Shown: positions 27,868 through 37,635, counted from the first letter of the stretch. The stretch: DNA of 64,000 nucleotides from Veleropilina oligotropha (GCA_048128005.1 JBEUKZ010000069.1:310001-374000); one strand, 5' to 3'. The notes: generated from the sequence alone by a model not told the origin. Program-made: numbers and translations.

Positions 27868-29033
27868 CATGTCTACCCCAATGATGACGCATCACGTACA
27901 CTTGCAGCAATCATAATTTCATTATTTTTTATCGGATCTGGATAATTTAAGCACCAAATCACTTGGAATGATCACAGCTAATCAGATATGCTGAAATCTC
28001 GATTTTGAAAATTTGCGACAAGCGACTGGCTTTGTGGTGGAGGGTCACAAATATAAGATGTGCATCCATGTTAGCTTTGGATGCCATTGTAAAGTTATAG
28101 TTGATGTCTTTTATGCGAAATGTATATTGTTAAGCTGTTGAAATTATGACTTATAATATGACATTTTAAGTAGAATCGATATGTTGACATCTCGCATCAA
28201 CTGTCCTCGATAGTCATCGACTGGTAGAGCGTCGGAAAAAAACTTTAAGTGGAACGATATAATGTGGGTTAAAACCCCCGCTCCGTGGATAATTATAACG
28301 CTTAAAACTAACATAAGGCATATCCTTAATGTATGTCAATGAGACCTAAAACCGGGTGTTACATCCAGTGAATATATTAAAGAAATCTGCAGCAATAAAA
28401 TATATTCCTAATAGTGTGAGGTTAGGCCCATTAATTTTGTTCATGTAGCTGAAAGTTTGTTATTATAGAAGGGTTTGTTAATATTTGTTCCGTTTGTCGT
28501 TGTCCATTGCGATGTGCTTTGCATGTGTGTCTTTGCAGTGTTTTTTTACGGTTTCATGTAAATTAATCGTCTTTATATATGATTTTAAACACTCAATGAC
28601 AATTATAATGTGTTGGTCATTTATGTTTTTTTAATACGTTCATTTGTGTCCAATTTTTTAAACGTGTTTATGTACAGGTGTGCGCCTTATAGTGTTGACA
28701 ACATTGTTATTTACCTCCAAAAAAATATTTCATGTGCTAGTGAAAGCATTTGCTTTTATTAAGCACGTATCTTTTAATATGCATCAATCGGTAGTCATAA
28801 TGTGTTATTATGACAAGGGGTATCGAAACAAATACAACCCTGTTTTTCCTCTTTCCTATATTATTTTAAAGCAGAATCCAGTGATAAATCACGTTTAACA
28901 AACAAATTACACCGAATTGCATATGGGCCTACACTGTATATATATAAAAGTACTATTAAGTATTGACTAAACATATGTAAACAGAGTTTCGTCGTCACAA
29001 GCAAACTTGTGTTTTATAAATATTATGTCTACC

Positions 29034-29177
29034 AGCAGCAGGGGGGGTCATTGGACTTTTTAGAATGGGAAAATACAGCGCCCAGCACCATTTCAGAACT
29101 GAGCTGGTATTACTGTGGAGGGCTAGGGAGTTAGACTAGGGGCGCGGCGGGGGAAATTAAGGCTCCCAGCTATATTT
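29034..29177 (+). repeat. Left TIR (144-bp core; degenerate extension to ~29250)
   Basis: Reverse complement of 44577-44720 with one mismatch seen; begins AGCAGCAGGGGGGG. Confidence 0.95.
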
Positions 29178-29760
29178 TGGGACTGAGGGTAGGGCTTGTA
29201 TTACAAAAACTTACCGTGTGTACAGACAGTCCACTACCCCGGCCGGGCCCTGGTGTATGTTTGTATCCGTGTCGAGAACTGTCTAGACTGTCGGCGGACA
29301 GTATTCTGGCTTGATATCTTGGTGTCTATTCTAGAATCATCGAGTCTATTCTAGATCATTCTAGAAGGCTGTATTGCCACGTGACGGATGAGTCAGCAAG
29401 AATACTGTAACCACGTAAACAAGGTTACGAGATTTTTTTTTCTGTGCTAAACGGACGCACGGTTACAAGAAAAAGAAATCTGGGTCAAACTTTCTTCACT
29501 GAGCCGGAAAATTTTTATATCTGGGTCGACTCGGCAGCTGTGGCATGAAATTATGTTTGCGATTCGCCTGCGAGGTATTTCATTCATAAATCGGACAATG
29601 GGTCGACCTGAAACGCATGCGATTCGCCTAATCCAACAATATCTATTGATGTGAGGTATTTCATTCATAAATCGTACAATGGGTCGACGACAGCGACCTG
29701 TCATGCTTTTAACGACTGTTGCCGTTCATAAATCGGGCAAGAATGGCTGCCTGGGATATT

Positions 29761-30012
29761 AATATTATTATTTAATACATTGATGTCTCTCCTAGTGTAG
29801 CTCTAAGCGCAGTACAAACTATAACTAATATTACAGTACAATGTACACAAGAATATACAGGAGAGACATCAATGATACATACTTAAGCAATAATAACAAT
29901 AAACAGAATATTTTTTTCGAGTTTTTCAATTTTATCTTTTTTTTTACAAGCGCAATCAGACAAAGAGGTGAAGCAGCCCCTGCGTGAACTTCAACCAACT
30001 TTGAATGGTACA
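29761..30012 (-). mobile_element. L2 3' UTR fragment inside the Polinton-like element
   Basis: Inverse, diverged copy of host 27590-27867, including the tail region. Confidence 0.85.
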
Positions 30013-30064
30013 ATATACGCAGGGGAAAGCCGGAAAAATATGTTTTAATGCAGGAGCAGCTGGT

Positions 30065-30496
30065 TTATATGAATATATAGTTGCCCGATATTAAAGTACA
30101 ATTACAGGGTGAGATGTGTCCGACTTTTCTCCACACACCGAAGCAGCCAGACAGCATGGTATAATACTCCCCATTTTTTCCAGGACATAACGAGGGGGTC
30201 GAACACTGGACACATGTGACAGTATCTCTTGGTGTGGCAGGGCTACAGTCATTCTCTCCGATAATAAAATAGTGGCATGACGGTGGAGAGACATCAGGGG
30301 TGGGGTCTCTACCCGGGCGAAGAAGCAAGTTTCTACGTAAGGGGTCAAATCGGGCGTTATACCTGGGATGATTTCGGTACCTAGTCCACGTATGTTCCAG
30401 AATTAATGCAGTGTTGTGTGTCGACGCCTGGGTGGTACCCCACGCGGCAAAGCACACCGCGGCAATACACAGTAGCATAGATTTCATGGATTTCAT
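30065..30496 (-). CDS. Secreted Cys-rich protein, possibly cystine-knot (IL-17-like)
   Basis: Signal peptide MKSMLLCIAAVCFAAWGTTQA; 8 Cys in the mature part, ending in a CxC. Confidence 0.6.
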   Translation of the reverse strand: MKSMKSMLLCIAAVCFAAWGTTQASTHNTALILEHTWTRYRNHPRYNARFDPLRRNLLLRPGRDPTPDVSPPSCHYFIIGENDCSPATPRDTVTCVQCSTPSLCPGKNGEYYTMLSGCFGVWRKVGHISPCNCTLISGNYIFI

Positions 30497-30578
30497 GGTT
30501 GTCCAGATATCACTGTCGATTTCTAGCTTTAATACGGAGGAGGAGCGGGGTAGTCGTGGCTACGCTCAACCTGGATAG

Positions 30579-31214
30579 TTAGTCGCCAGCTCCGATTTTT
30601 TTCAGCAGCTCTGCACGACCCTCTAAACGACCACGCTCAATAAGCTCGCTCTGGGTCTGTGAAATCGCGGTGTGCGCCTTCCTACTCTTATCCCGAATTG
30701 ATGCCTTCATGGCTTGGTATTTCTGCATCTCCCCTGTGACCAGTTGGAATTCATCATCAGACATCACCCCGTCCGATAATGCCTTTGAGACGTGGTCGGT
30801 TATGGTATTCAGCTTGCTGTCGGCCAGGACTCGAATCTCGTCGTGTTTCTTAGCCTTCACCCCGAGGCGCCGGCTGATATACTTTCCACCCATACTAGCG
30901 AGCCCACACCCTAATGCCGCTAGTTCCAGCACTAGGACGACCGGGGCGGCTACAATTGTGGACAGTAGACCAATTCCAGCGCTACCCATACCAAGTGTGG
31001 CGACGACTAGTCCGTTATCTATACCGTCAACGACGTTAACACCTCGTCGGTACTTTTTATATAGTGCAGCCCGGGCATCCCGTTCTCGCTCTAGCTGTCC
31101 CTGAAGCTCATTCACTTTCTGTAGTCGGAAGGACTGTGCCTCATGCAGTTCCGAAGGCACATCACCACCAAGTTGTGGGTACAGCGTTGGCGCTGAGGGT
31201 TTGTTGTCCATCAT
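30579..31214 (-). CDS. Conserved Polinton/adintovirus membrane-active protein (PW / 'gasdermin-X'-like), 211 aa
   Basis: FRLQKVNE...KKYRR, central hydrophobic hairpin, KKHDEIRVLADSKLNTITDHVSKALSDG..SDDEF. Likely start is ATG 31214, overlapping the upstream stop (ATGA). Confidence 0.7.
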   Translation of the reverse strand: MMDNKPSAPTLYPQLGGDVPSELHEAQSFRLQKVNELQGQLERERDARAALYKKYRRGVNVVDGIDNGLVVATLGMGSAGIGLLSTIVAAPVVLVLELAALGCGLASMGGKYISRRLGVKAKKHDEIRVLADSKLNTITDHVSKALSDGVMSDDEFQLVTGEMQKYQAMKASIRDKSRKAHTAISQTQSELIERGRLEGRAELLKKIGAGD

Positions 31215-31561
31215 ACGTGGCTGTATTGTTCCGCCTGTTTGTTTAAAATGTCTACTGTAACGTTCAAATACAGAGTGCCGACCCACGGGGCCTTGATGAC
31301 AAAGGCGAGGGTTAACTTATCCGAATCCAGGCTGAGTTTACTTATGGAACATGCCTTGGGGCCCCCGGCCGGCTGGACCGGCGTCAGGTGGATCATTAGA
31401 AGGGCTGGGTTCAACCCGAACCGACCTCTAGTGTTTGGAAACATGAACTCCCTCCTCGCCAGCCCCTTATTGGGCGCTACCCCACAATTAAGGACAAAGT
31501 GCCACCGGGTCGGGGGGGAAGAGGGCTCGTCTGCAAGCAGGGTCCCGTAGATGCTGCTCAT
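31211..31561 (-). CDS. Hypothetical 116-aa viral protein
   Basis: Coupled to both neighbours by ATGA overlaps (31558-31561 and 31211-31214). Confidence 0.65.
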   Translation of the reverse strand: MSSIYGTLLADEPSSPPTRWHFVLNCGVAPNKGLARREFMFPNTRGRFGLNPALLMIHLTPVQPAGGPKACSISKLSLDSDKLTLAFVIKAPWVGTLYLNVTVDILNKQAEQYSHV

Positions 31562-32298
31562 TGTATCGCAAGGACTGCGGAAATAGGCATGCCGTGATTG
31601 TCTAGCAGGTTACTGTCTGAGTCTGTGATGTAAACCTTCAACTCTGTGATTAGCCCGGCCTGTAGTCGCCGGCCGGCGGGATAGCTATGATAGTGGCCAG
31701 CTTCACCGAACATCTGCGACGTGATAGGGACCACCGCGAGAATAGTGCTCGGGGCGCCGTCCTGCACATTGTGCGTTGTACTAAGCTGCTCCAGGTGAAC
31801 GTGCAGGGTTGGCGCTATGGCAAACCCGACAGGCTTATTCCCGTCATAAGTCCCAGGGCGTAGCCACTCGGATCTCTCCGGAGGGGGAGGTGGTTGGCCC
31901 TGTACTCCCCGAACCGGTGGGTTCAGATTCCCTGCTTTATCGAGAATAAACGAAGACAGGTTTAAGCCGAGGAGTTTTCGTATATCGTCGCTTATCGCGA
32001 GTCGAGTCCCCTCTGGGACCACGATTCGGGCGAGCCCTGTAGCATGGCTTACATCTAGCTGTATGTTAACTAGCGACCTCTTCATCGTCTTGGCGAGGTC
32101 ATCGAAGCTGTAGAAACCTGGTGCCACGTCGACCGTGGTATCCGGGGTCTTAAAGAAGGCTCCGGCATGCACATTGTGCCAGCCTACCCAATAGTCGAGC
32201 GACTGCAAGCTGACACATAGCTTGCCGTCCCGGTTATCAATCGGCTCCAGGAGGGCAACCGCGGTCCCCTCTTGAACGTTTGTTAATGTGTGAAACAT
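31558..32298 (-). CDS. Minor capsid protein (penton, single jelly-roll)
   Basis: PGFYSFDDL near the N-terminus; C-terminal DGAPSTILAVVPI..FGE...ITELKVYITDSDSNLLDNHGMPISAVLAI, typical of Polinton pentons. Confidence 0.85.
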   Translation of the reverse strand: MFHTLTNVQEGTAVALLEPIDNRDGKLCVSLQSLDYWVGWHNVHAGAFFKTPDTTVDVAPGFYSFDDLAKTMKRSLVNIQLDVSHATGLARIVVPEGTRLAISDDIRKLLGLNLSSFILDKAGNLNPPVRGVQGQPPPPPERSEWLRPGTYDGNKPVGFAIAPTLHVHLEQLSTTHNVQDGAPSTILAVVPITSQMFGEAGHYHSYPAGRRLQAGLITELKVYITDSDSNLLDNHGMPISAVLAIQ

Positions 32299-32305
32299 AG
32301 TAGCT

Positions 32306-33589
32306 ATGGCTAAGAGCGCCTTTGCGTTTAATAGGAGTGCGGCCTATCCGACCGGTGTGGTGTACCCAGCAAAGATCAAAGATGAGCAGCTTACGAGACC
32401 AAGCATCAATGTGGGTAATAGCTCAACCACTACATTCGGGGCAACATACCCTGACGTCTTTCAGAAATACCGCCTCCCTCATGTCGCTAGTGACGGGCTG
32501 ATAAGGGATTGGAACAGCACGCCGATGAGGTTCTGGCAGAACAAGGTCAATTTCGCAGTTTGGTGTGCCACAACAGGTTCCGGAATCTCCTCAGAAGACC
32601 ACTTAAATGCGACCGACCCCCTCTCCACTGCTGTATTCACCTTCCACGTCTACTATCAGGTCAGACGAATCTTATCCGAAATTCAGGCGCCGCTGCCACA
32701 GGACCGGACGTGGGATGCATTCGACAACCCGTATGACCGCAGGGCATATGAGAAGATCTGCAGCGAATTTGGGGTGTCTCCCCATACCGACTGGCGTGTC
32801 AAGGGTCCCAACGGCGGACTAGGCACCGCTTACAGCTACTGGACGAACAACGGCTACCACCCCATCGGACGTGACTATGATCCAAGCCGAATGTCCTTCA
32901 CTAAAGGTACGACCAACACGAATCTGCACGTGGACTACATCGCGCAAGCGCCTGCACTTAAAAACGGTTGGGCTACTTTTATTCTGGACAGGTCGGTGGG
33001 ATTCACGAGGGCCGGCGTGGAAAGGCTCAATGATTCCATCAGGACCTACGTCTGGGCTATTCTTGGAGCGCAGGCTCAAACGCGTGCAAGTATTCTGGGT
33101 AGTGGGACGGCGTTTGACGCACAGAAACAGTTCCTGGCGAACGTGGAAGACGCCATCGCATCCCCCGTTGACCTCCCAGCAGCCATCAAACGGTACCAAG
33201 AGGTGCTCCAGTATGCGAGGTCCAAAGTGGACTTCGTATTCGGCGTTGGCCTGTACATGGCGCCAAGTAACATGCTTCTACGGATCGGGCAGGTGGCTGG
33301 TTATAACAATGAGATCGTCGTCGCCACGGAAGACCAGACACTCGGTCTTAATACTACGGTGAACGCGGCCAATCCTGTGCCGCCCAACGCCACTGGGGAT
33401 ACTGGAGAAACAGGACTGGTTATTCCACAAGACGCAGATGCAAGCATACCGGTAGTTACTCCGAAGCATCCAAGCTCTCTGCCAGCTGTGGCAGCTGTTT
33501 CAGCTGGGGCAACCAAACATGACGAGGAGAAAACCGCACTTATCGTGGGCGGCATTGTCGTTGGCCTAGCGTTCATTTGGCTTACGTGA
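32306..33589 (+). CDS. Uncharacterised 427-aa viral protein with a C-terminal TM anchor
   Basis: Long intact ORF; FWQNKVNFAVWCATTGSGIS; Pro/Ala stalk, then ALIVGGIVVGLAFIWL. Confidence 0.8.
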   Translation: MAKSAFAFNRSAAYPTGVVYPAKIKDEQLTRPSINVGNSSTTTFGATYPDVFQKYRLPHVASDGLIRDWNSTPMRFWQNKVNFAVWCATTGSGISSEDHLNATDPLSTAVFTFHVYYQVRRILSEIQAPLPQDRTWDAFDNPYDRRAYEKICSEFGVSPHTDWRVKGPNGGLGTAYSYWTNNGYHPIGRDYDPSRMSFTKGTTNTNLHVDYIAQAPALKNGWATFILDRSVGFTRAGVERLNDSIRTYVWAILGAQAQTRASILGSGTAFDAQKQFLANVEDAIASPVDLPAAIKRYQEVLQYARSKVDFVFGVGLYMAPSNMLLRIGQVAGYNNEIVVATEDQTLGLNTTVNAANPVPPNATGDTGETGLVIPQDADASIPVVTPKHPSSLPAVAAVSAGATKHDEEKTALIVGGIVVGLAFIWLT

Positions 33590-34895
33590 CCCACTGTCTA
33601 GCGGCAATAAGAAGCAAGCCCCCAACTGATATGACCAGTGCCCATAGGTTTTCAGCGAGCCACGATGCTGTCTTGCCAATCAGGTTGATTAGCCAGGAGA
33701 CCAGGCTTCCAAGTATTCCTGGGAGCACGGCTGCGGCCTTCCCTGCTAGCTTGCCCAGAATCCGACCCAGGGTCTTCAGCTGCTTTTTTACCCACTCCTT
33801 GACCCCGCCCTGACCACTGGGAGGTGGTGGTGTTGGTGGTATGCTCGGCGCTCCACCTGTCAGGGCTAGTACCAAAGTCGAGATGGCGAGCCCGATAGCG
33901 GTCAGTATTGTTGCGATCGTGACCCCTTGCTCGCGGAACAGGGTCCGGATACGCTCGGCCAGCGTTGTGTCGGTGTTCAGGATCCGACTTATCATCTCTC
34001 GGATCCGGCTGATTTGAGAGCGAAGGGCCTCCCGGCTTGATGATGCTGCCTCTAGGCGAGCTGCTCTTTCATCATTCAGGTCGCGCAGACGTTCCGCGAT
34101 CCGTCGACGGATGAACTCATCCACACCGCCCTCTTCATCTGCCTGATCGAGCTTCATCTTCTCCAGCTCTATGTGTTCATCCAGCGCCGTTAGCTTGGCT
34201 AAGTTGTTCGTGAGTTCGCCTCGGATGGTCTGCATCGCCTTGTCAAGTCCGCGAAGCTCGCGAAGATTTAATGGAGGGTCCCCCATTGTGCCTAAGATCT
34301 CTTCAACCTCGGCATCAGTGAATTTCGTCTCCATCGTGTGGATTGCTACCGAGGCATCAGTAGCAGTCTGCCCCAAGTCCCGCAGTTCTATGTTTTCGAC
34401 ATTAGCGGCCGCACCGCTCAACTCGTTGTCGGCTGTCTGAAGAGCTGCAACCGCTTTTGAGGACGGCTTTTGTCCCCCCCGCGTCCAGTGTACAAAACCC
34501 AACCCTTCACGGATTGCATCACCCCCACCAGGCCGGCCAGCTATTGTTGACAACGCCAAGGGGTTGCCGGTGCGAGAATTTATGAGATTGATGTCGGGGT
34601 AGTCCGTCATCACCAATTTCCCCCCCCGCCCTAATTTTCCCCTCACATACTTGAATTTTGAATAATCTCGCCCTGCGGCTGGGGTCTGCCCCTCCTGTGC
34701 CAGGGCTTTGTAGTAGTCGTCAACCACGCCCTGAACGAGCTCTTGCTGAAGACTGCTGGTTCCTTCCTGTGGCCGTTCCGAAAGAACAGGCATAAACCGG
34801 TCGGTGGATAGATCCACATCAGTATCGTCGATGATGGTATCATCGTTGTCGATGAGATCGTCCGGCTCGAATGCGGGGTTATCGAATTCCGCCAT
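33582..34895 (-). CDS. Uncharacterised 437-aa coiled-coil membrane protein
   Basis: Acidic N-terminus, long heptad region, hydrophobic TIATILTAIGLAISTLVLAL and an amphipathic/TM C-terminus. Confidence 0.8.
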   Translation of the reverse strand: MAEFDNPAFEPDDLIDNDDTIIDDTDVDLSTDRFMPVLSERPQEGTSSLQQELVQGVVDDYYKALAQEGQTPAAGRDYSKFKYVRGKLGRGGKLVMTDYPDINLINSRTGNPLALSTIAGRPGGGDAIREGLGFVHWTRGGQKPSSKAVAALQTADNELSGAAANVENIELRDLGQTATDASVAIHTMETKFTDAEVEEILGTMGDPPLNLRELRGLDKAMQTIRGELTNNLAKLTALDEHIELEKMKLDQADEEGGVDEFIRRRIAERLRDLNDERAARLEAASSSREALRSQISRIREMISRILNTDTTLAERIRTLFREQGVTIATILTAIGLAISTLVLALTGGAPSIPPTPPPPSGQGGVKEWVKKQLKTLGRILGKLAGKAAAVLPGILGSLVSWLINLIGKTASWLAENLWALVISVGGLLLIAARQWVT

Positions 34896-34931
34896 TTGAA
34901 TACATCAGTGGGATACGCATCTAATTCAGCC

Positions 34932-36233
34932 ATGACTAGCGTATACGGACGCAAGCTTAATCCATACCGCAGGCTGCGTGAGCCCCTCGCAGTCAAGGGC
35001 ATCCGCCAGTCGGTCACGATTACAAACAATCCATCAACGATTGCCCCGAACCAGCAGCTCCTGGTTCGGTTCCCTAATCTCGGGGCGAATGACGTGATCG
35101 TTCCAGGGACTGCCCACCTTGCATTTACCATCTCACTGACCTCGGTAAATGCGAATAGGACTGTAGTGCAAAATATCGGCCGTGCCGTGATCAGAAAGAC
35201 CACGATAAAGATAAGTGGAAACGAGATCATGTCGATTGACGACTCCGACGTGTACCACTGCTACCGCGATCTCTGGAAGACCACGGGGGAGCGCAAGAAC
35301 GCCCAGTACCAGGGGATTGATACCAGCGATGGACACAACACTACGAAGCATCGTGTTGGCGCGGCAGACGCCTTCAGACTGTCTGAGGATGTCGCGGTCG
35401 CGGCCGCGTACGGTAACCGATTCCGCATCCCGCTGGATTTCGAGCTGTTGGAAAGTCACATGCCATTCTATCAAAGCGCCCTTGGAGACCGTCTCGAGTA
35501 TGAGCTAACGTTCAACGACTACTCCCGGACTATCCGGGAGACGGACGACTCCGGTTCCAGCTATTCCATCGACAATATATCCCTCGAATATGACATGGTA
35601 ACCCAATCCGAGCTTGCCAGACGGATTCGAAATCAATACCAGGGTCAACTCGTAATCCTGTACGACCGTGTTCTCCGGCATCGGAAGCTCACCCTAGACA
35701 AGAGCGACTCGTTGTGGAATATGAATGTGAACGTACCGGCGAGGTCGATGAAAGGAATACTACTGTTGTTCGAGGACCCTGCGAGAGACGCCGCGCCATT
35801 CTCTCGCGATACTGAGGCCTTCTATAATCCGAAGATCACAAAGGTCGAGGTCACAATCGAGGGTGTCCCGAATCAAATCTACAGCCAGGGCATGCGAACA
35901 TACCAGATCTGGGAAGAAGCCAAGAAAATGTTCGCCTCCGGCTGCAGCAAGCGGCATCCTGAGGTCGCGATGGTCGCAAAGGACTTGGAGATGGCAGACG
36001 TCACTTTGGGCGAATTTCTGACTAAGAAATTTGCGCTCTGGATCGATATGCGGGTAACTGACGACGATCAGTTGCACGGGTCAGGCCGGAGGGTCGAGAA
36101 CGCCAGCGAAGGCATTACTATTCAGATCACTAAAACAGCCGAAGCGGCCGGTCCACTGAACGTCTACGAGTTCGTGATCATGGACGCACAGCTGAATATC
36201 GAGAATGGCCGATTCGTCGAAGCACTGTACTAA
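34932..36233 (+). CDS. Major capsid protein (double jelly-roll, inferred)
   Basis: ~433 aa, beta-rich pattern, adjacent to the packaging ATPase; first ATG at 34932 (gccATG). Fold inferred, not computed. Confidence 0.75.
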   Translation: MTSVYGRKLNPYRRLREPLAVKGIRQSVTITNNPSTIAPNQQLLVRFPNLGANDVIVPGTAHLAFTISLTSVNANRTVVQNIGRAVIRKTTIKISGNEIMSIDDSDVYHCYRDLWKTTGERKNAQYQGIDTSDGHNTTKHRVGAADAFRLSEDVAVAAAYGNRFRIPLDFELLESHMPFYQSALGDRLEYELTFNDYSRTIRETDDSGSSYSIDNISLEYDMVTQSELARRIRNQYQGQLVILYDRVLRHRKLTLDKSDSLWNMNVNVPARSMKGILLLFEDPARDAAPFSRDTEAFYNPKITKVEVTIEGVPNQIYSQGMRTYQIWEEAKKMFASGCSKRHPEVAMVAKDLEMADVTLGEFLTKKFALWIDMRVTDDDQLHGSGRRVENASEGITIQITKTAEAAGPLNVYEFVIMDAQLNIENGRFVEALY

Positions 36234-36818
36234 ACGATTTCCGCACACCAAGGACCCCCACTCCGCAATCATCTGCGGCCAGACGGGCTGTGGGAAGACG
36301 GTTTTCATGCTTGAACTGCTGGAAGGGGAGTATCGAGGCGTCTTCCGGCATATCGTGGTCCTCTGCCCCACGATCAAGTACAACAAAGCATACCAGTCTT
36401 GTCCGAGGTGTATTTAGTCCCCCCGGGTGAGCGACTCCATGACTGGCTGCGGGGGTTCTACCGACTGTTTCAGGGGGAATCAACTTTATATATCATCGAC
36501 GACTGCGCCGCGAGCAAGGCTATGGCAAAGAGGAGGGACATGCTGACTTTGTTGGCCTTCAGCGGCAGGCATGCTTCCCAGAGCGTATGGGTAGTGACGC
36601 AAAAGTACAACTCGGTCTTGAAGGAGCTCAGAGAGCAGACCCGCTGGGTCGCGCTGTTCCATTGCAAGGACCGCGACAGTTTCGAGGACTGTCTGCGCGA
36701 GAACGATGTAATCCCGTCGCAGGATGAACGGACTGAGGTTCGCCGGCTGTTGGCCGAGACACGACACGCTAAGCTTCTGTTGAAAACTGATCAGCCCGTT
36801 GCTTATAGTGTGCTGTAG
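36205..36818 (+). pseudogene. FtsK/A32-type genome-packaging ATPase, frameshifted near 36400
   Basis: Walker A GQTGCGKT in ORF 36205-36417; Walker B YIIDDC and SGRH..SVWVVTQ in ORF 36399-36818, in a different frame. Confidence 0.85.
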
Positions 36819-36876
36819 CAAGCTGTAGTCTACTGAGCATCTACCCAGCAAGCTGTAGTCTACTGAGCATCTACCC
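36817..36876 (+). repeat. Perfect 30-bp tandem duplication
   Basis: agcaagctgtagtctactgagcatctaccc x2, between the ATPase stop and the next ATG. Confidence 0.95.
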
Positions 36877-36879
36877 AGC

Positions 36880-37635
36880 ATGTCGGACGCTGTATATCTA
36901 GCTTTTGCTTTCAGCCAGAGCCTGATCTTGCTCCTACTCGCTACATTGTGGTATTGGATTTACAGTTATATTAGACCGGTGAGGCGATGCTGGAAACGCT
37001 TCAGGATGGACAGCCTCATCGATCAACTCATGGATGACGAACAAGAAACGACCATCAACAGCTGTCGCTTGACTCCCGATGGCAAGGAACCTGTCAGTAA
37101 CAGTGGAGTCGCAAGTTCCGTTTGCGCGGCAAAGCGTGAGAGGCTTGCAGCCTTAGCCGTTGGAGGACAGGCCCACCGATACATGGGGCGTAACCTCACA
37201 GTGGACCGGATAGACGACATGACTGACGACGAGGTCGAAAAGCACCACGCGAGGTATGAAGCGAAACTCGGTGCCGATGTGACGAAGACTCTGGGGACTT
37301 CAGCTATTCATCTCTACGCGGGGGCAGCTGGGACGTTCCTGCCCATTCCACCAGCAAACCAGCTACGACTGATCGCCGACCTGGAGGCCGACCCGTTCAT
37401 CTCACATGCCCTGACCACTGCAAGCTGTGAGCTGTATTATAAATATGGCATGTACCTCGCACCGCTGACCGCAGCGTTGACCACGGCTAAGCACTGCCAA
37501 TTTGGACATGTTTGCCCGCCTAAGATACCAGATCAAGATGACAACGCCGGAAGTGGACCAAGTGATCGAGAGACAGCCGATCGAGAGCCAGCCGATAGAG
37601 AGGGTGACTTCTTCGACGGACTCATCGGTGAGTAA
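36880..37635 (+). CDS. Hypothetical 251-aa protein with an N-terminal TM segment
   Basis: Intact ORF; LAFAFSQSLILLLLATLWYWIY. Confidence 0.7.
   Translation: MSDAVYLAFAFSQSLILLLLATLWYWIYSYIRPVRRCWKRFRMDSLIDQLMDDEQETTINSCRLTPDGKEPVSNSGVASSVCAAKRERLAALAVGGQAHRYMGRNLTVDRIDDMTDDEVEKHHARYEAKLGADVTKTLGTSAIHLYAGAAGTFLPIPPANQLRLIADLEADPFISHALTTASCELYYKYGMYLAPLTAALTTAKHCQFGHVCPPKIPDQDDNAGSGPSDRETADREPADREGDFFDGLIGE

Noticed and set aside
31239..31550. Plus-strand 103-aa ORF
   Set aside because: Antisense shadow of the minus-strand 116-aa ORF, which is coupled to both neighbours by ATGA overlaps.
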